Notes under the pieces: model-generated
The model's database searches: none
Told to the model about the DNA's origin: nothing
The model's input: only the letters and a program-made list of their open reading frames with translations
Assembly (NCBI RefSeq): GCF_052049995.1
Contig: NZ_JBNGYX010000001.1
Span: 57,850-121,849 of the forward strand
Direction: 5' to 3'
Source of the DNA: Candidatus Pelagibacter sp.
GTDB taxonomy: Bacteria > Pseudomonadota > Alphaproteobacteria > Pelagibacterales > Pelagibacteraceae
DNA: 64,000 nt
Translations under genes and position numbers: made by a program
In this document: one piece after another, positions 50,424 to 59,838 of the stretch
Layout: every line of letters starts with the position of its first letter
How positions within the stretch are numbered: the first letter of the stretch is position 1

Positions 50424-51592
50424 TGTTGTTCACAAAAGAAGAATATAAGCAAAGATTAACAAAAGTTAAAAAAATGATGCAAGAAAAAGGCATCGATCTT
50501 TTAATCTCACATGACACTAACAACATGAATTACCTAACAGGTTATGATGCTTGGTCTTTTTATTATGCTCAATGTGCAATTGTTCATATAGATGCAGACG
50601 AGCCTCTATGTTTTGTTAGGGCTCAAGATGCAGGTGGTGCATATATTAAAACTTATTTAAAGGATGAGAATATTTTAGTTTATGACGAAAATTATATCCA
50701 TACTTGGCCAAAACATCCTTATGATAATTTGGTAGAGATAATAAAAGAAAGAAAATGGGATAAGTTATGCATTGGATTAGAAATGGATGCGCATTACTTC
50801 ACTGCGTTTTGTTATGAAAAAATAAAGCAAGGATTACCTAATGCAAAAATCAAAGATAGCGATCGTTTAGTTAATTGGGTAAGGTTAGTAAAATCAAATG
50901 CTGAAATAGGTTTCATGAAATCTGCTGCAAAAATTTCTGAAAAAGGAATGAAAACTGCAATGGAGGTTATTAAACCAGGTGTCAGACAGTGCGATGCAGT
51001 TGGTGAAATTCAAAAAACTTTATTTTATGGAACAAAGGAATTTGGAGGTGAATATTCAAGTATTGCAACTTTACTTCCAACAGGAAAAGGTACTTCAGCT
51101 TCACATTTAACAGCAACACAAGACAAATTTGCAGAAGGTGAGGCTACAATTATTGAATTATCTGGTGTTTATAAGAGATATCATGCTCCGATGGCGAGAA
51201 CAATTTTGTTAGGAAAGCCTAATCAATTAAAGATTGATACAATGAATAAAACAATAGAGGCTTTAAATGCAGGTATAAGTCAAATTAAACCTGGGAATAC
51301 AGCAGATGATGTTGCACAAGCTTTTTGGAAAATATTAGATAAATATGGAATAGAAAAAAAATCTAGAACAGGCTATTCGATAGGAATTGGTTATCCTCCT
51401 GATTGGGGTGAACATACACTTAATATTTATAAGGGAGATATGACAATACTTGAGCCTAACGTTTGTTTTCATATGATAGCAGTGATGCAGTTTGGTGATT
51501 GGGGTGTTGAAGCATCTGAGGCAATAAGAGTTACAGAGAATGGATCAGAATTGTTCTGTAATTTTCCAAAAGAGCTTCATATTAAGAGTTAA
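50423..51592 (+). CDS. doeA: Ectoine hydrolase (M24 family; DoeA/EutD)
   Basis: FTKEEY..RL, LTGYDAWSFY, LPTG...SA.HLT, GVYKRYHAPMART, GYSIGIGYPPDWGE, as remembered for DoeA. Confidence 0.82.
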   Translation: MLFTKEEYKQRLTKVKKMMQEKGIDLLISHDTNNMNYLTGYDAWSFYYAQCAIVHIDADEPLCFVRAQDAGGAYIKTYLKDENILVYDENYIHTWPKHPYDNLVEIIKERKWDKLCIGLEMDAHYFTAFCYEKIKQGLPNAKIKDSDRLVNWVRLVKSNAEIGFMKSAAKISEKGMKTAMEVIKPGVRQCDAVGEIQKTLFYGTKEFGGEYSSIATLLPTGKGTSASHLTATQDKFAEGEATIIELSGVYKRYHAPMARTILLGKPNQLKIDTMNKTIEALNAGISQIKPGNTADDVAQAFWKILDKYGIEKKSRTGYSIGIGYPPDWGEHTLNIYKGDMTILEPNVCFHMIAVMQFGDWGVEASEAIRVTENGSELFCNFPKELHIKS

Positions 51593-51637
51593 TTAGCTAT
51601 TGAAATATATTTACACAAATGTTTTATATGCACCTTT

Positions 51638-52723
51638 ATGTCTAAAAATCCAGAATTTGTAAAATTCGATAAAGTAGATAAAAGTTACGACGGCAAAGTT
51701 CTTGTCGTTAAAGATCTTCAATTAGATATTGCAGAAGGCGAATTCATAACAATGCTTGGTCCATCTGGTTCAGGTAAAACAACGTGTCTAATGATGTTGG
51801 CTGGTTTTGAAACACCAACTCATGGTGAAATATTATTAGATGGAAATATAATTTCTAACATTCCTCCTCATAAAAGAGGTATTGGTATGGTTTTCCAAAA
51901 CTATGCATTGTTTCCACATATGACAGTTTATGAAAACTTAGCTTTTCCGTTAAGGGTAAGAAAAGTTGAAAAAGACGAAATAGATAAAAAAGTTGATAAA
52001 GCATTATCGATGGTTTCATTAAGTGGTTTTGAAACTAGAATGCCCGCTCAACTTTCTGGTGGTCAGCAACAAAGAGTAGCAGTTGCAAGAGCTTTGGTAT
52101 TTGATCCAGCAGTCGTATTAATGGATGAACCACTTGGAGCATTAGATAAAAATTTAAGAGAAAGCATGCAATATGAAATAAAACATATTCATGAAAGTAT
52201 TGGTGTAACAGTTGTATATGTAACTCATGATCAAAGTGAGGCATTAACCATGTCAAACCGAATTGCAGTATTTAATGATGGAAAAGTTCAACAGCTTTCA
52301 AATCCAGCTGAACTTTATGAGAAGCCAGTAAATTCTTTTGTTGCTGAGTTTATTGGTGAGAACAATACTTTCAATGGTGAAGTTGTGGATATCGATAAAG
52401 ATAAATGCAAAGTTAAATTAGCCAATTCAGAAATACTAGCCAATCCAATTTCTGTAAAGTCTAAAGGTGAGAAAACAACTGTTTCTTTAAGACCTGAAAG
52501 GGCGTTAATTAATCCGACTGATAAGATGGATAATATGTTTACTGGAAAGATTGAAGAAGTAATTTATCACGGTGATCATACAAGAGTTAGATTAAATCTT
52601 TTAGGAAGCTCAGAGTTTATTCTTAAAGTACCCAACAGCACATCCAATTTAGAGTTAAAAGTAAGTCAAGATATAAATATTGGCTGGAATAGTGTTGATG
52701 CTAGAGCATTAGACCCAAAATAA
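51638..52723 (+). CDS. potA: Pot-type ABC ATPase
   Basis: GPSGSGKTT, VFQNYALFPHM, LSGGQQQR, MDEPLGALD, C-terminal TOBE domain. Confidence 0.92.
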   Translation: MSKNPEFVKFDKVDKSYDGKVLVVKDLQLDIAEGEFITMLGPSGSGKTTCLMMLAGFETPTHGEILLDGNIISNIPPHKRGIGMVFQNYALFPHMTVYENLAFPLRVRKVEKDEIDKKVDKALSMVSLSGFETRMPAQLSGGQQQRVAVARALVFDPAVVLMDEPLGALDKNLRESMQYEIKHIHESIGVTVVYVTHDQSEALTMSNRIAVFNDGKVQQLSNPAELYEKPVNSFVAEFIGENNTFNGEVVDIDKDKCKVKLANSEILANPISVKSKGEKTTVSLRPERALINPTDKMDNMFTGKIEEVIYHGDHTRVRLNLLGSSEFILKVPNSTSNLELKVSQDINIGWNSVDARALDPK

Positions 52724-52777
52724 TCCTATTTAAAATATTTACATCTAATAGAAGTAACTACTGACAAAATCAGCTGT

Positions 52778-52843
52778 TGACTTAATCATTCCTATTTGTT
52801 GTACTTTTACTTATATAAATTAATTTATATCAACGTTTAAACG
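52778..52843 (+). promoter_or_regulatory. Putative internal promoter of the SBP gene with palindromes
   Basis: TTGACT at about 52778 with TACTTT downstream; palindromes ATATAAATTAATTTATAT (52813-52830) and CGTTTAAACG (52834-52843) run into SD GGAGG. Confidence 0.35.
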
Positions 52844-52851
52844 GAGGAATA

Positions 52852-53967
52852 ATGAGAAAAATAAGTAAATTATTACTAGCTCTTTCTTTTGTTGTGTCTC
52901 TAACATCTTCAGCCTTTGCTGTTACTGTAGCATCATGGGGTGGAGCTTATACAGAGTCTCAAAAGCTAGGGTATGGTGATCCAACTGCTAAAGCATTAGG
53001 AATAGAAATCAATTGGGTTGACTATTCTGGTGGTTTATCAGAGATCAAAGCACAGAAAGAAGCAGGTGCAATAACTTGGGATATCATAGATGTATTTGCA
53101 TTCGACACTATTAACGGATGTGACGAAGGAATATTTGTTAAATTTGATTTTGACAAAGATTTCCCAGCAGCACCAGATGGAACTAAAGCAAGTGAAGATT
53201 TCTTTGCACCAATGCCGAGTGAATGTGCTGTAGGTAACATTTTATATTCTTGGAACTATGCTTATAACAAAAACAATTTAAAAGGCACTCCAAAGACTAT
53301 TAAAGATTTCTTTAATACTAAAAAGTTTCCTGGAAAAAGAGCAATCTATAAAAGTGCTTTAACTAATTTAGAAATCGCTTTAGCTGCAGATGGTGTTAAG
53401 CTAGGTGACGGCGGAACTAGAGTTTACAGAAAACTTCTAGAAGACGGTGGAATCGACAGAGCGATGAATAAAATTAAAAAATTATGTACAGATCCTAATG
53501 GCGGATGTGTATTCTGGTCAGCAGGTGCTCAACCACCAGAACTTTTAATGAGTGGTGAAGTTGTAATGGCAACTGGTTGGAACGGAAGATTTTTTAACGC
53601 AATAGTTGGTGAAGGTGCACCACTTGTACAAGTATGGGATGGTCAAGGTCTTGATTATGAATACTTTGCACTAGTTAAAGGTGGACCAAACGAAGCTGAT
53701 GCTAAAAAAGCTCTTGCAATGATGACTAACACAGAAATGTTAGCTGGTAGTGCGAAGTATATTGCTTATGCACCATACAGAAAATCATCTCTTGATGTAA
53801 TTACTGCTGGTGAGCCTTGGTACAAAGATGGTAAAACTGAAATGATGCCACAAATGCCAACAGCTCCTGCAAACACTAAGAATTATTTCTTAGTAGACCC
53901 ATTCTTCTGGGCTGATAACAATACTGAAATCAGTGAGAAGTGGGAAGCAATGAAAGCAGGACTATAA
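52852..53967 (+). CDS. potD: PotD-family ABC substrate-binding protein (ligand possibly betaine-type osmolytes)
   Basis: Signal peptide, TVASWGGAY, WDIIDV, FPGKRA, GWNGR. Confidence 0.88.
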   Translation: MRKISKLLLALSFVVSLTSSAFAVTVASWGGAYTESQKLGYGDPTAKALGIEINWVDYSGGLSEIKAQKEAGAITWDIIDVFAFDTINGCDEGIFVKFDFDKDFPAAPDGTKASEDFFAPMPSECAVGNILYSWNYAYNKNNLKGTPKTIKDFFNTKKFPGKRAIYKSALTNLEIALAADGVKLGDGGTRVYRKLLEDGGIDRAMNKIKKLCTDPNGGCVFWSAGAQPPELLMSGEVVMATGWNGRFFNAIVGEGAPLVQVWDGQGLDYEYFALVKGGPNEADAKKALAMMTNTEMLAGSAKYIAYAPYRKSSLDVITAGEPWYKDGKTEMMPQMPTAPANTKNYFLVDPFFWADNNTEISEKWEAMKAGL

Positions 53968-54002
53968 TTTCAGTTTTAAACACTGAATTTATATAATATA
54001 TT

Positions 54003-54035
54003 TAGGGCGGTTATTTTTAACCGCCCTATTTTTTT
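54003..54035 (+). terminator. Intrinsic terminator-like hairpin after the SBP gene, ending at the permease ATG
   Basis: TAGGGCGGTTA-tttt-TAACCGCCCTA followed by T7. Confidence 0.85.
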
Positions 54036-55301
54036 ATGAGCTCTGAAACAAAACAAATATTAACAACTGACGGAATACCTTTAGAGGTTAGTTTAAAAAA
54101 AGCAGAAAAGAAAAATAAAATAAAAGCATTTCTTCTTGTAGCTCCATTACTATTATTTCTTGTTATCACTTATATATTTCCAATTGGCGACATGTTTATG
54201 AGGAGTGTTGATGACAGAATGGTCACCAATATGCTTCCAAAAACTTTCAAAGCAATGGAAAAATGGGAAAACCTTGAGGAATTACCACCCGAAGAAGTAT
54301 ATAGAGGATTTTATGAAGATTATAAAGTACTTGTTGAGAAGCAAGAGCATGGAAAATTAGGACAAAGGTTAAATAAAGAAAAAAATGGTTTTAATACAAT
54401 TACTAAAAGACTTTTTAGACAAATAAAAAGAAATAAAATTGATGAAAGTATTAGTATAAAAGAACAAATTAACAAAATTCATAAGAGATGGAGAAATGTA
54501 GAGTTTTGGTTAGCAATTAAAAGAACTGCCCCTCCTTATACAATGGCAAAATATTTGAAGGGTATGGATATGTATGTTGCTTCAGATGGCAGTATAGCTC
54601 AAGTAGACGAAGACAGAAGAATTCACAGAATTTTATGGCTTAGAACATTAGAAATTGCATTTTTTGTTACACTTTTTAGCTTTTTTATGGGCTATCCAAT
54701 AGCTCATTTGCTTGCAACACTTCCGATGAAGTACAGCAATTTATTGATGATTTGTGTATTGCTCCCATTCTGGACATCTTTGCTGGTCAGAACTGCAAGT
54801 TGGATGATTTTGTTGCAACAGCAAGGAGTGGTAAATGATTTTTTTGTAATGATTGGTTTAGTTGGAGACGATAACCGGCCAGAGATGATGTACAATAAAG
54901 TTGGAACTTACGTTGCTATGACACAAATATTATTACCTTTTATGGTTCTACCTTTATATAGTGTCATGAAAACAATATCACCAAGTTTAATGAGAGCAGG
55001 AAAATCATTAGGTGGAACACCTTTCGTTGCTTTTTGGAAAGTTTACTTTCCTTTAACAATTCCAGGAATAGGAGCTGGATGTTTATTAGTTTTCATTTTA
55101 GCGATAGGATACTACATAACCCCTGCTTTAGTTGGTGGAGCATCAGGAACTTTAATAAGTAATCAAATTGCATTTCATATGAAGACAACTCTTGATTGGA
55201 GTTTTGCATCAGCGATGGGATTAATGCTTTTGACAGGAGTTTTGGTTATTTATTGGATTTATAATAAATTGGTTGGAGTTGATAACATTAAATTAGGATA
55301 A
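54036..55301 (+). CDS. potB: Pot-type ABC permease (PotB class) with large periplasmic insert
   Basis: LLVAPLL, VLLPFWTSLLVRT, ILLPFMVLPLY, PLTIPGI. Confidence 0.88.
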   Translation: MSSETKQILTTDGIPLEVSLKKAEKKNKIKAFLLVAPLLLFLVITYIFPIGDMFMRSVDDRMVTNMLPKTFKAMEKWENLEELPPEEVYRGFYEDYKVLVEKQEHGKLGQRLNKEKNGFNTITKRLFRQIKRNKIDESISIKEQINKIHKRWRNVEFWLAIKRTAPPYTMAKYLKGMDMYVASDGSIAQVDEDRRIHRILWLRTLEIAFFVTLFSFFMGYPIAHLLATLPMKYSNLLMICVLLPFWTSLLVRTASWMILLQQQGVVNDFFVMIGLVGDDNRPEMMYNKVGTYVAMTQILLPFMVLPLYSVMKTISPSLMRAGKSLGGTPFVAFWKVYFPLTIPGIGAGCLLVFILAIGYYITPALVGGASGTLISNQIAFHMKTTLDWSFASAMGLMLLTGVLVIYWIYNKLVGVDNIKLG

Positions 55302-55303
55302 TT

Positions 55304-56158
55304 ATGGCATTACCAAGTTATACAGAAACTAGATATAGAATTTGGCATTATATTTATCTTACGATTTGTACCTTTGTTTTTTTCTTTTTGATTGCACCTT
55401 TATTTGTAATTTTTCCTTTGTCATTTAATGCAGAAGAATTTTTAGTTTTTTCTGAAGGAATGAAAAATCTTGATCCAGATGCATTCTCTTTGAGATGGTA
55501 TAAAGATATGATTTATGGAACTAAAAATCCATGGGGACTAGCGGCAAAAAATAGCTTCATAATTGCAATATTTGCAACAATTGGATCAATTATTTTAGGT
55601 ACATTAGCTGCACTAGGACTCAGCAGTAGACATATGCCTTATAAAGGATTGATAATGGCGACCTTAATATCTCCAATGATTGTTCCATTAATTATATCAG
55701 GTGTTGCAATTTTCTTTTTTATGGCAAAAGCTGGTTTAGCAGCAACCCACACAGGAATAGTTTTAGCACATATTATATTAGGAACACCTTTTGTTGTTAT
55801 TACTGTAACAGCTACACTTTCAGGTTTTGATCATAGCGTAACAAGAGCTGCCGCAAGTTTGGGTAGTAACCCAGTTAACACATTTATGAAGATAACACTC
55901 CCTTTAATATTACCAGGAGTAATTTCTGGGGGATTATTTGCTTTTGTAACATCCTTTGATGAAGTTGTTGTGGTATTATTTCTAGCAGGATTAGAAAATA
56001 CAACTATCCCAATACAGATGTGGACTGGTTTGAGAGAACAACTAAGCCCTACAATTCTTGCAGTTGCAACTTGTTTAATTCTTTTATCTACCTTGATATT
56101 AATTAGTGCAGAGTTATTAAGAAGAAGATCTGAAAGATTAAGAGGAATAAATAGATAA
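55304..56158 (+). CDS. potC: Pot-type ABC permease (PotC class)
   Basis: FSLRWY, SPMIVP, AASLG, FVTSFDEVV. Confidence 0.9.
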   Translation: MALPSYTETRYRIWHYIYLTICTFVFFFLIAPLFVIFPLSFNAEEFLVFSEGMKNLDPDAFSLRWYKDMIYGTKNPWGLAAKNSFIIAIFATIGSIILGTLAALGLSSRHMPYKGLIMATLISPMIVPLIISGVAIFFFMAKAGLAATHTGIVLAHIILGTPFVVITVTATLSGFDHSVTRAAASLGSNPVNTFMKITLPLILPGVISGGLFAFVTSFDEVVVVLFLAGLENTTIPIQMWTGLREQLSPTILAVATCLILLSTLILISAELLRRRSERLRGINR

Positions 56159-56194
56159 TTTACCCAAATAAATTATTCATATATAGAGTTCTTT

Positions 56195-58417
56195 ATGGAA
56201 ATTAGAAAAGTTGTAGTCATTGGATCTGGTACAATGGGAAGTGGTATAGCAGCACATTTATGTAATGCTGGTGTTCCAGTTACTCTTTTAGATTTGTCTA
56301 CTGAAATCAGTGAAAAAGCTAGAGATAGAATACATAAATCTAGACCTCCTTTGCTAATAGATAAGAGCAAAATTAACAATATTAATGTTGGAAATATTGA
56401 AGAAAATTTTGACGTAGTAAAAGATGCAGATTGGGTGGTAGAGGCAGTAGTAGAAAGAATTGATATTAAACATAATATTTATGAGAAGATATTTAAGAAC
56501 AGAAAAAAAGGTGCAATAGTTTCATCAAACACATCATCAATTCCAATTAAAGTTCTATCAGAAAAACTAAATGATGAAGAAAAAAAAGATTTTTGTATCA
56601 CTCACTTTTTTAATCCCGTCAGATACATGGGATTGTTAGAAATTGTTAAAAACGAAAATAATGACTTAAATAAAATTAATTCTTTAAAGAAATTTTGTGA
56701 AGTTGAGCTTGGTAAAGGAGCAATAATTTGCAACGATACGCCAGGTTTTCTCGGTAATAGGATTGGTGTTTACGCTATGCAGGTTGCTATGACGGAAGCA
56801 TTCAAAATGAAACTTTCAATAGAAGAAGCAGATGCAGTTTTTGGTAGACCGATGGGTATTCCTAAAACAGGAGTATTTGGATTGTATGATCTAATTGGAA
56901 TTGATTTGATGGCCGATGTATTAAAAAGTTTTATAAAGGAACTTTCAGATAAAGATGAATTTAAAATTGTTGCAAAAGAAATTCCATTAGTAAAAAAATT
57001 AATTGAGACAGGCTACACCGGCCGTAAAGGAAAAGGTGGCTTTTATAGAATGAATAAAAGTGGAGATCAAAAAATTTTAGAAGCAATTAATTTAGAAACA
57101 GGAGAGTATTCAGCAACAAAAAAAATAGATTTAGGAATTGAGACAGTTGACATAAATAATTTAATTAATCGAAAAGATAAGTTTGGTGAGTATGCTTGGA
57201 TTGTAATCTCAAAAATAATTAAATATGCATCTTCACTTGTTCCAGGAATTACTGATAAGTTCAATGATATTGATGAAGCTATGAGACTTGGTTTTAATTG
57301 GGCAATGGGTCCTTTTGAAATGTTGAAATCTATAGGGGTAAAGAATTTCTTTGAAAGAATAGATGACTTTGAAAATAATATATTTTTAGAAAATTTATCA
57401 AAAACAAAAGATGAAAACTTTTATGGAGAAAGACAAATTTATACAGACATTCAAACCTTAGGAAAAATAAGGCCATCAGCAATTAAAGTAGATAAAAATA
57501 ATTCAGCTGAAATTCATCGATTTAAAGATTTTAATATTGTTGAGTTTACGACAAAAGCCTGTGCATTAGATTATGACTCGATGGATGCACTTAAAAATGC
57601 AACAGACAAACCTTTAATAGTAATTAATGAAAGCATGCAATTTTCAGCAGGTGTGAATTTAAGTTATACTATGAATTTTGCTGATAAAGGTGATTTTAAA
57701 TCAATTGAAAAATTTATAAAATATTTTCAAGATACTTGCAAAACTTTAAAATACTCTAAGTACCCAGTTGTATCAGCACCTTCTGGACTTACACTTGGAG
57801 GAGGCTTTGAGGTTTTAGTTCAAAGTAATTTTGTTGCCTCACATACAAATTTAGTTATTGGATTAGTTGAAACTATTGTTGGGTTAGTTCCTGCAGGCGG
57901 AGGATGTAAAGAAATGTTGTGGAGATGGTCACAAACAGAGGAAGCAAAATCAGATCCAGATTATGCCCCACTAAAAGTTTTTGATATTATTGGTTATGCT
58001 AAAACAGCCACATCTCCAATCGAGGCTGAGCCATTAAAGTATTTAAGACCAGAAGATAAAAAAATAATGAACAGAAATAGCCTTTTTGAGGAAGCAAAAA
58101 ATTTAATTAATCAAAATACTGATTTTGTTCCTCCAGAAGAGTGTAAATTTAAGCTTTCTGGAAAGCCGTTGAAAGATAAAATGATTAAGGTTTTAGAGAA
58201 ATTATACAACGAAAAGGTAATTTTAGATCATGGAATGTATGTTGGAACTGAGCTTGCAAACGTTTTAAGTGGTGGAGACACTACTATTGAAAAAGTATTG
58301 TCAGAGGATGATCTGTACAAACTAGAACTAGATTCTTTTATGAGATTGATAGAAACAAAACAAACTCAAGAAAGAATTAAACATACATTATCGACAGGTA
58401 AACCTTTAGTTAATTAG
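56195..58417 (+). CDS. 3-hydroxyacyl-CoA dehydrogenase / enoyl-CoA hydratase fusion (FadN type)
   Basis: GSGTMGSGIA, EAVVE, SSNTSS, HFFNP, LGGGFE, VGLVPAGGG, KPLVN end. Confidence 0.92.
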   Translation: MEIRKVVVIGSGTMGSGIAAHLCNAGVPVTLLDLSTEISEKARDRIHKSRPPLLIDKSKINNINVGNIEENFDVVKDADWVVEAVVERIDIKHNIYEKIFKNRKKGAIVSSNTSSIPIKVLSEKLNDEEKKDFCITHFFNPVRYMGLLEIVKNENNDLNKINSLKKFCEVELGKGAIICNDTPGFLGNRIGVYAMQVAMTEAFKMKLSIEEADAVFGRPMGIPKTGVFGLYDLIGIDLMADVLKSFIKELSDKDEFKIVAKEIPLVKKLIETGYTGRKGKGGFYRMNKSGDQKILEAINLETGEYSATKKIDLGIETVDINNLINRKDKFGEYAWIVISKIIKYASSLVPGITDKFNDIDEAMRLGFNWAMGPFEMLKSIGVKNFFERIDDFENNIFLENLSKTKDENFYGERQIYTDIQTLGKIRPSAIKVDKNNSAEIHRFKDFNIVEFTTKACALDYDSMDALKNATDKPLIVINESMQFSAGVNLSYTMNFADKGDFKSIEKFIKYFQDTCKTLKYSKYPVVSAPSGLTLGGGFEVLVQSNFVASHTNLVIGLVETIVGLVPAGGGCKEMLWRWSQTEEAKSDPDYAPLKVFDIIGYAKTATSPIEAEPLKYLRPEDKKIMNRNSLFEEAKNLINQNTDFVPPEECKFKLSGKPLKDKMIKVLEKLYNEKVILDHGMYVGTELANVLSGGDTTIEKVLSEDDLYKLELDSFMRLIETKQTQERIKHTLSTGKPLVN

Positions 58418-59060
58418 AATTAAACATTCTAAAGGTTTTAATATAATCAGGTCTTAAAACATAAATTGCCTTATTACCTGTTTTAATTTTAGTTAATATA
58501 TCTAAGCCATAAACTACTTTACCAATTGGAGTATATTCACCTTGATAAATTGGAATTTCTTTTAATGTAATAAAGAATTCACTATCTTCTGTATCAAATT
58601 CTGTTGCTCTAGCAAAACCAACACTTCCTTCTGTAAATTTAAAATCGTTGCTCAGTTCTGATTTTAACAATCCCAGTCCAGACTTTCCGCTACCAATTTT
58701 AGAATAATCTAAATTATTTATATTTCCATACTCGATATCTCCAGCTTGTACAAAAGTATTTTCTGAAACTTTATAAAAAGCAGAACCATCATACATTTTT
58801 TGTTCAATTAAAATTTTAAATCTTTCCACCGCTTTAGGAGAAACATCTGGATAAAGTTCAATTATTACATTTCCACACTCAACATTCATTACTACAATAT
58901 TATCTGAATTATTAAAATTAAGTTTACTTAAATTATTTTTTTCTACAAATAGACATTTATTTTTTAATAAAAAAAAAGATGTAAAAACAAAAATTGAAAG
59001 ACAAATTAAAAATATAAATAAAATTTTTTCTGATTTTGAAGCTTTAATTGTTTTAATCAT
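58410..59060 (-). CDS. Membrane-anchored cyclophilin-type peptidylprolyl isomerase-like protein, degenerate active site
   Basis: N-terminal TM; VIIELYPDVSPKAV, YDGSAFYKV, FVQAGD, SEFFI, YTPIGKVV.G. Confidence 0.8.
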   Translation of the reverse strand: MIKTIKASKSEKILFIFLICLSIFVFTSFFLLKNKCLFVEKNNLSKLNFNNSDNIVVMNVECGNVIIELYPDVSPKAVERFKILIEQKMYDGSAFYKVSENTFVQAGDIEYGNINNLDYSKIGSGKSGLGLLKSELSNDFKFTEGSVGFARATEFDTEDSEFFITLKEIPIYQGEYTPIGKVVYGLDILTKIKTGNKAIYVLRPDYIKTFRMFNSN

Positions 59061-59785
59061 AAAATATTTTTATCTATTTTAGCTAAATTTATTTTTATAA
59101 AATTCACTTTGTTTTTTAGAATTTTGTCACTATTAATTTTATCTTCGATTGTTTCCTTATCAGTCATTAAAAATGAAAAAATTTCTGCCATATCTTCAGA
59201 TGGGATAGATTTAGAATATTCTGTTAAAAAACCATCAGTTTTTTCATATAGATCTAAATTTAATCTATCAGAACAAGTCGAACATTCAGCGTAATTAAAT
59301 GATGTTAGATTAAAAGAGGAAAATTTATCCTCATCAAAATATTTAACGTGAGTGTTTTGTATCATATGAAAAATTTCATGATGCATCATTCTTTCAAAAT
59401 ATTTTTTATTAAAATTAATATCTAAAATTAATGTCCTGTTTTTATTATCAGGTATTCCTCCAGTATTAATTTCAGAGATGAATAAATTTTCACAAAATAC
59501 AATATATTTTAATTTAATCTTATTAAGAAAATTAGAATTATATCGATTAAGATTTTTTTCAATTAAAGGAAATTTTGAATTTAAATTATTGATACTAACT
59601 TTATCGCAAGAAATGTTCTTATTTATACCAATTTTAAAATTACCTTTAGCGCTCAAATAACGAATATTATTATCGTTTTTTAATTTATAAATTTCTAAAT
59701 TTGGAATTTTTATAAGATTATAAATTTCATCAGCATTTACATGCGAAATATGAAAAATAAGAATAAATAAAAATAAAATTTTCAT
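59057..59785 (-). CDS. Secreted putative zinc-binding metallopeptidase
   Basis: Signal peptide; HEIFH (HExxH), GFLTEYS..P.EDMAE, CSTC. Confidence 0.75.
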   Translation of the reverse strand: MKILFLFILIFHISHVNADEIYNLIKIPNLEIYKLKNDNNIRYLSAKGNFKIGINKNISCDKVSINNLNSKFPLIEKNLNRYNSNFLNKIKLKYIVFCENLFISEINTGGIPDNKNRTLILDINFNKKYFERMMHHEIFHMIQNTHVKYFDEDKFSSFNLTSFNYAECSTCSDRLNLDLYEKTDGFLTEYSKSIPSEDMAEIFSFLMTDKETIEDKINSDKILKNKVNFIKINLAKIDKNIL

Positions 59786-59838
59786 TAAATTATTATAGAC
59801 GAATTAGATGAGATAATATTATCTTAGATTATTAAAAA

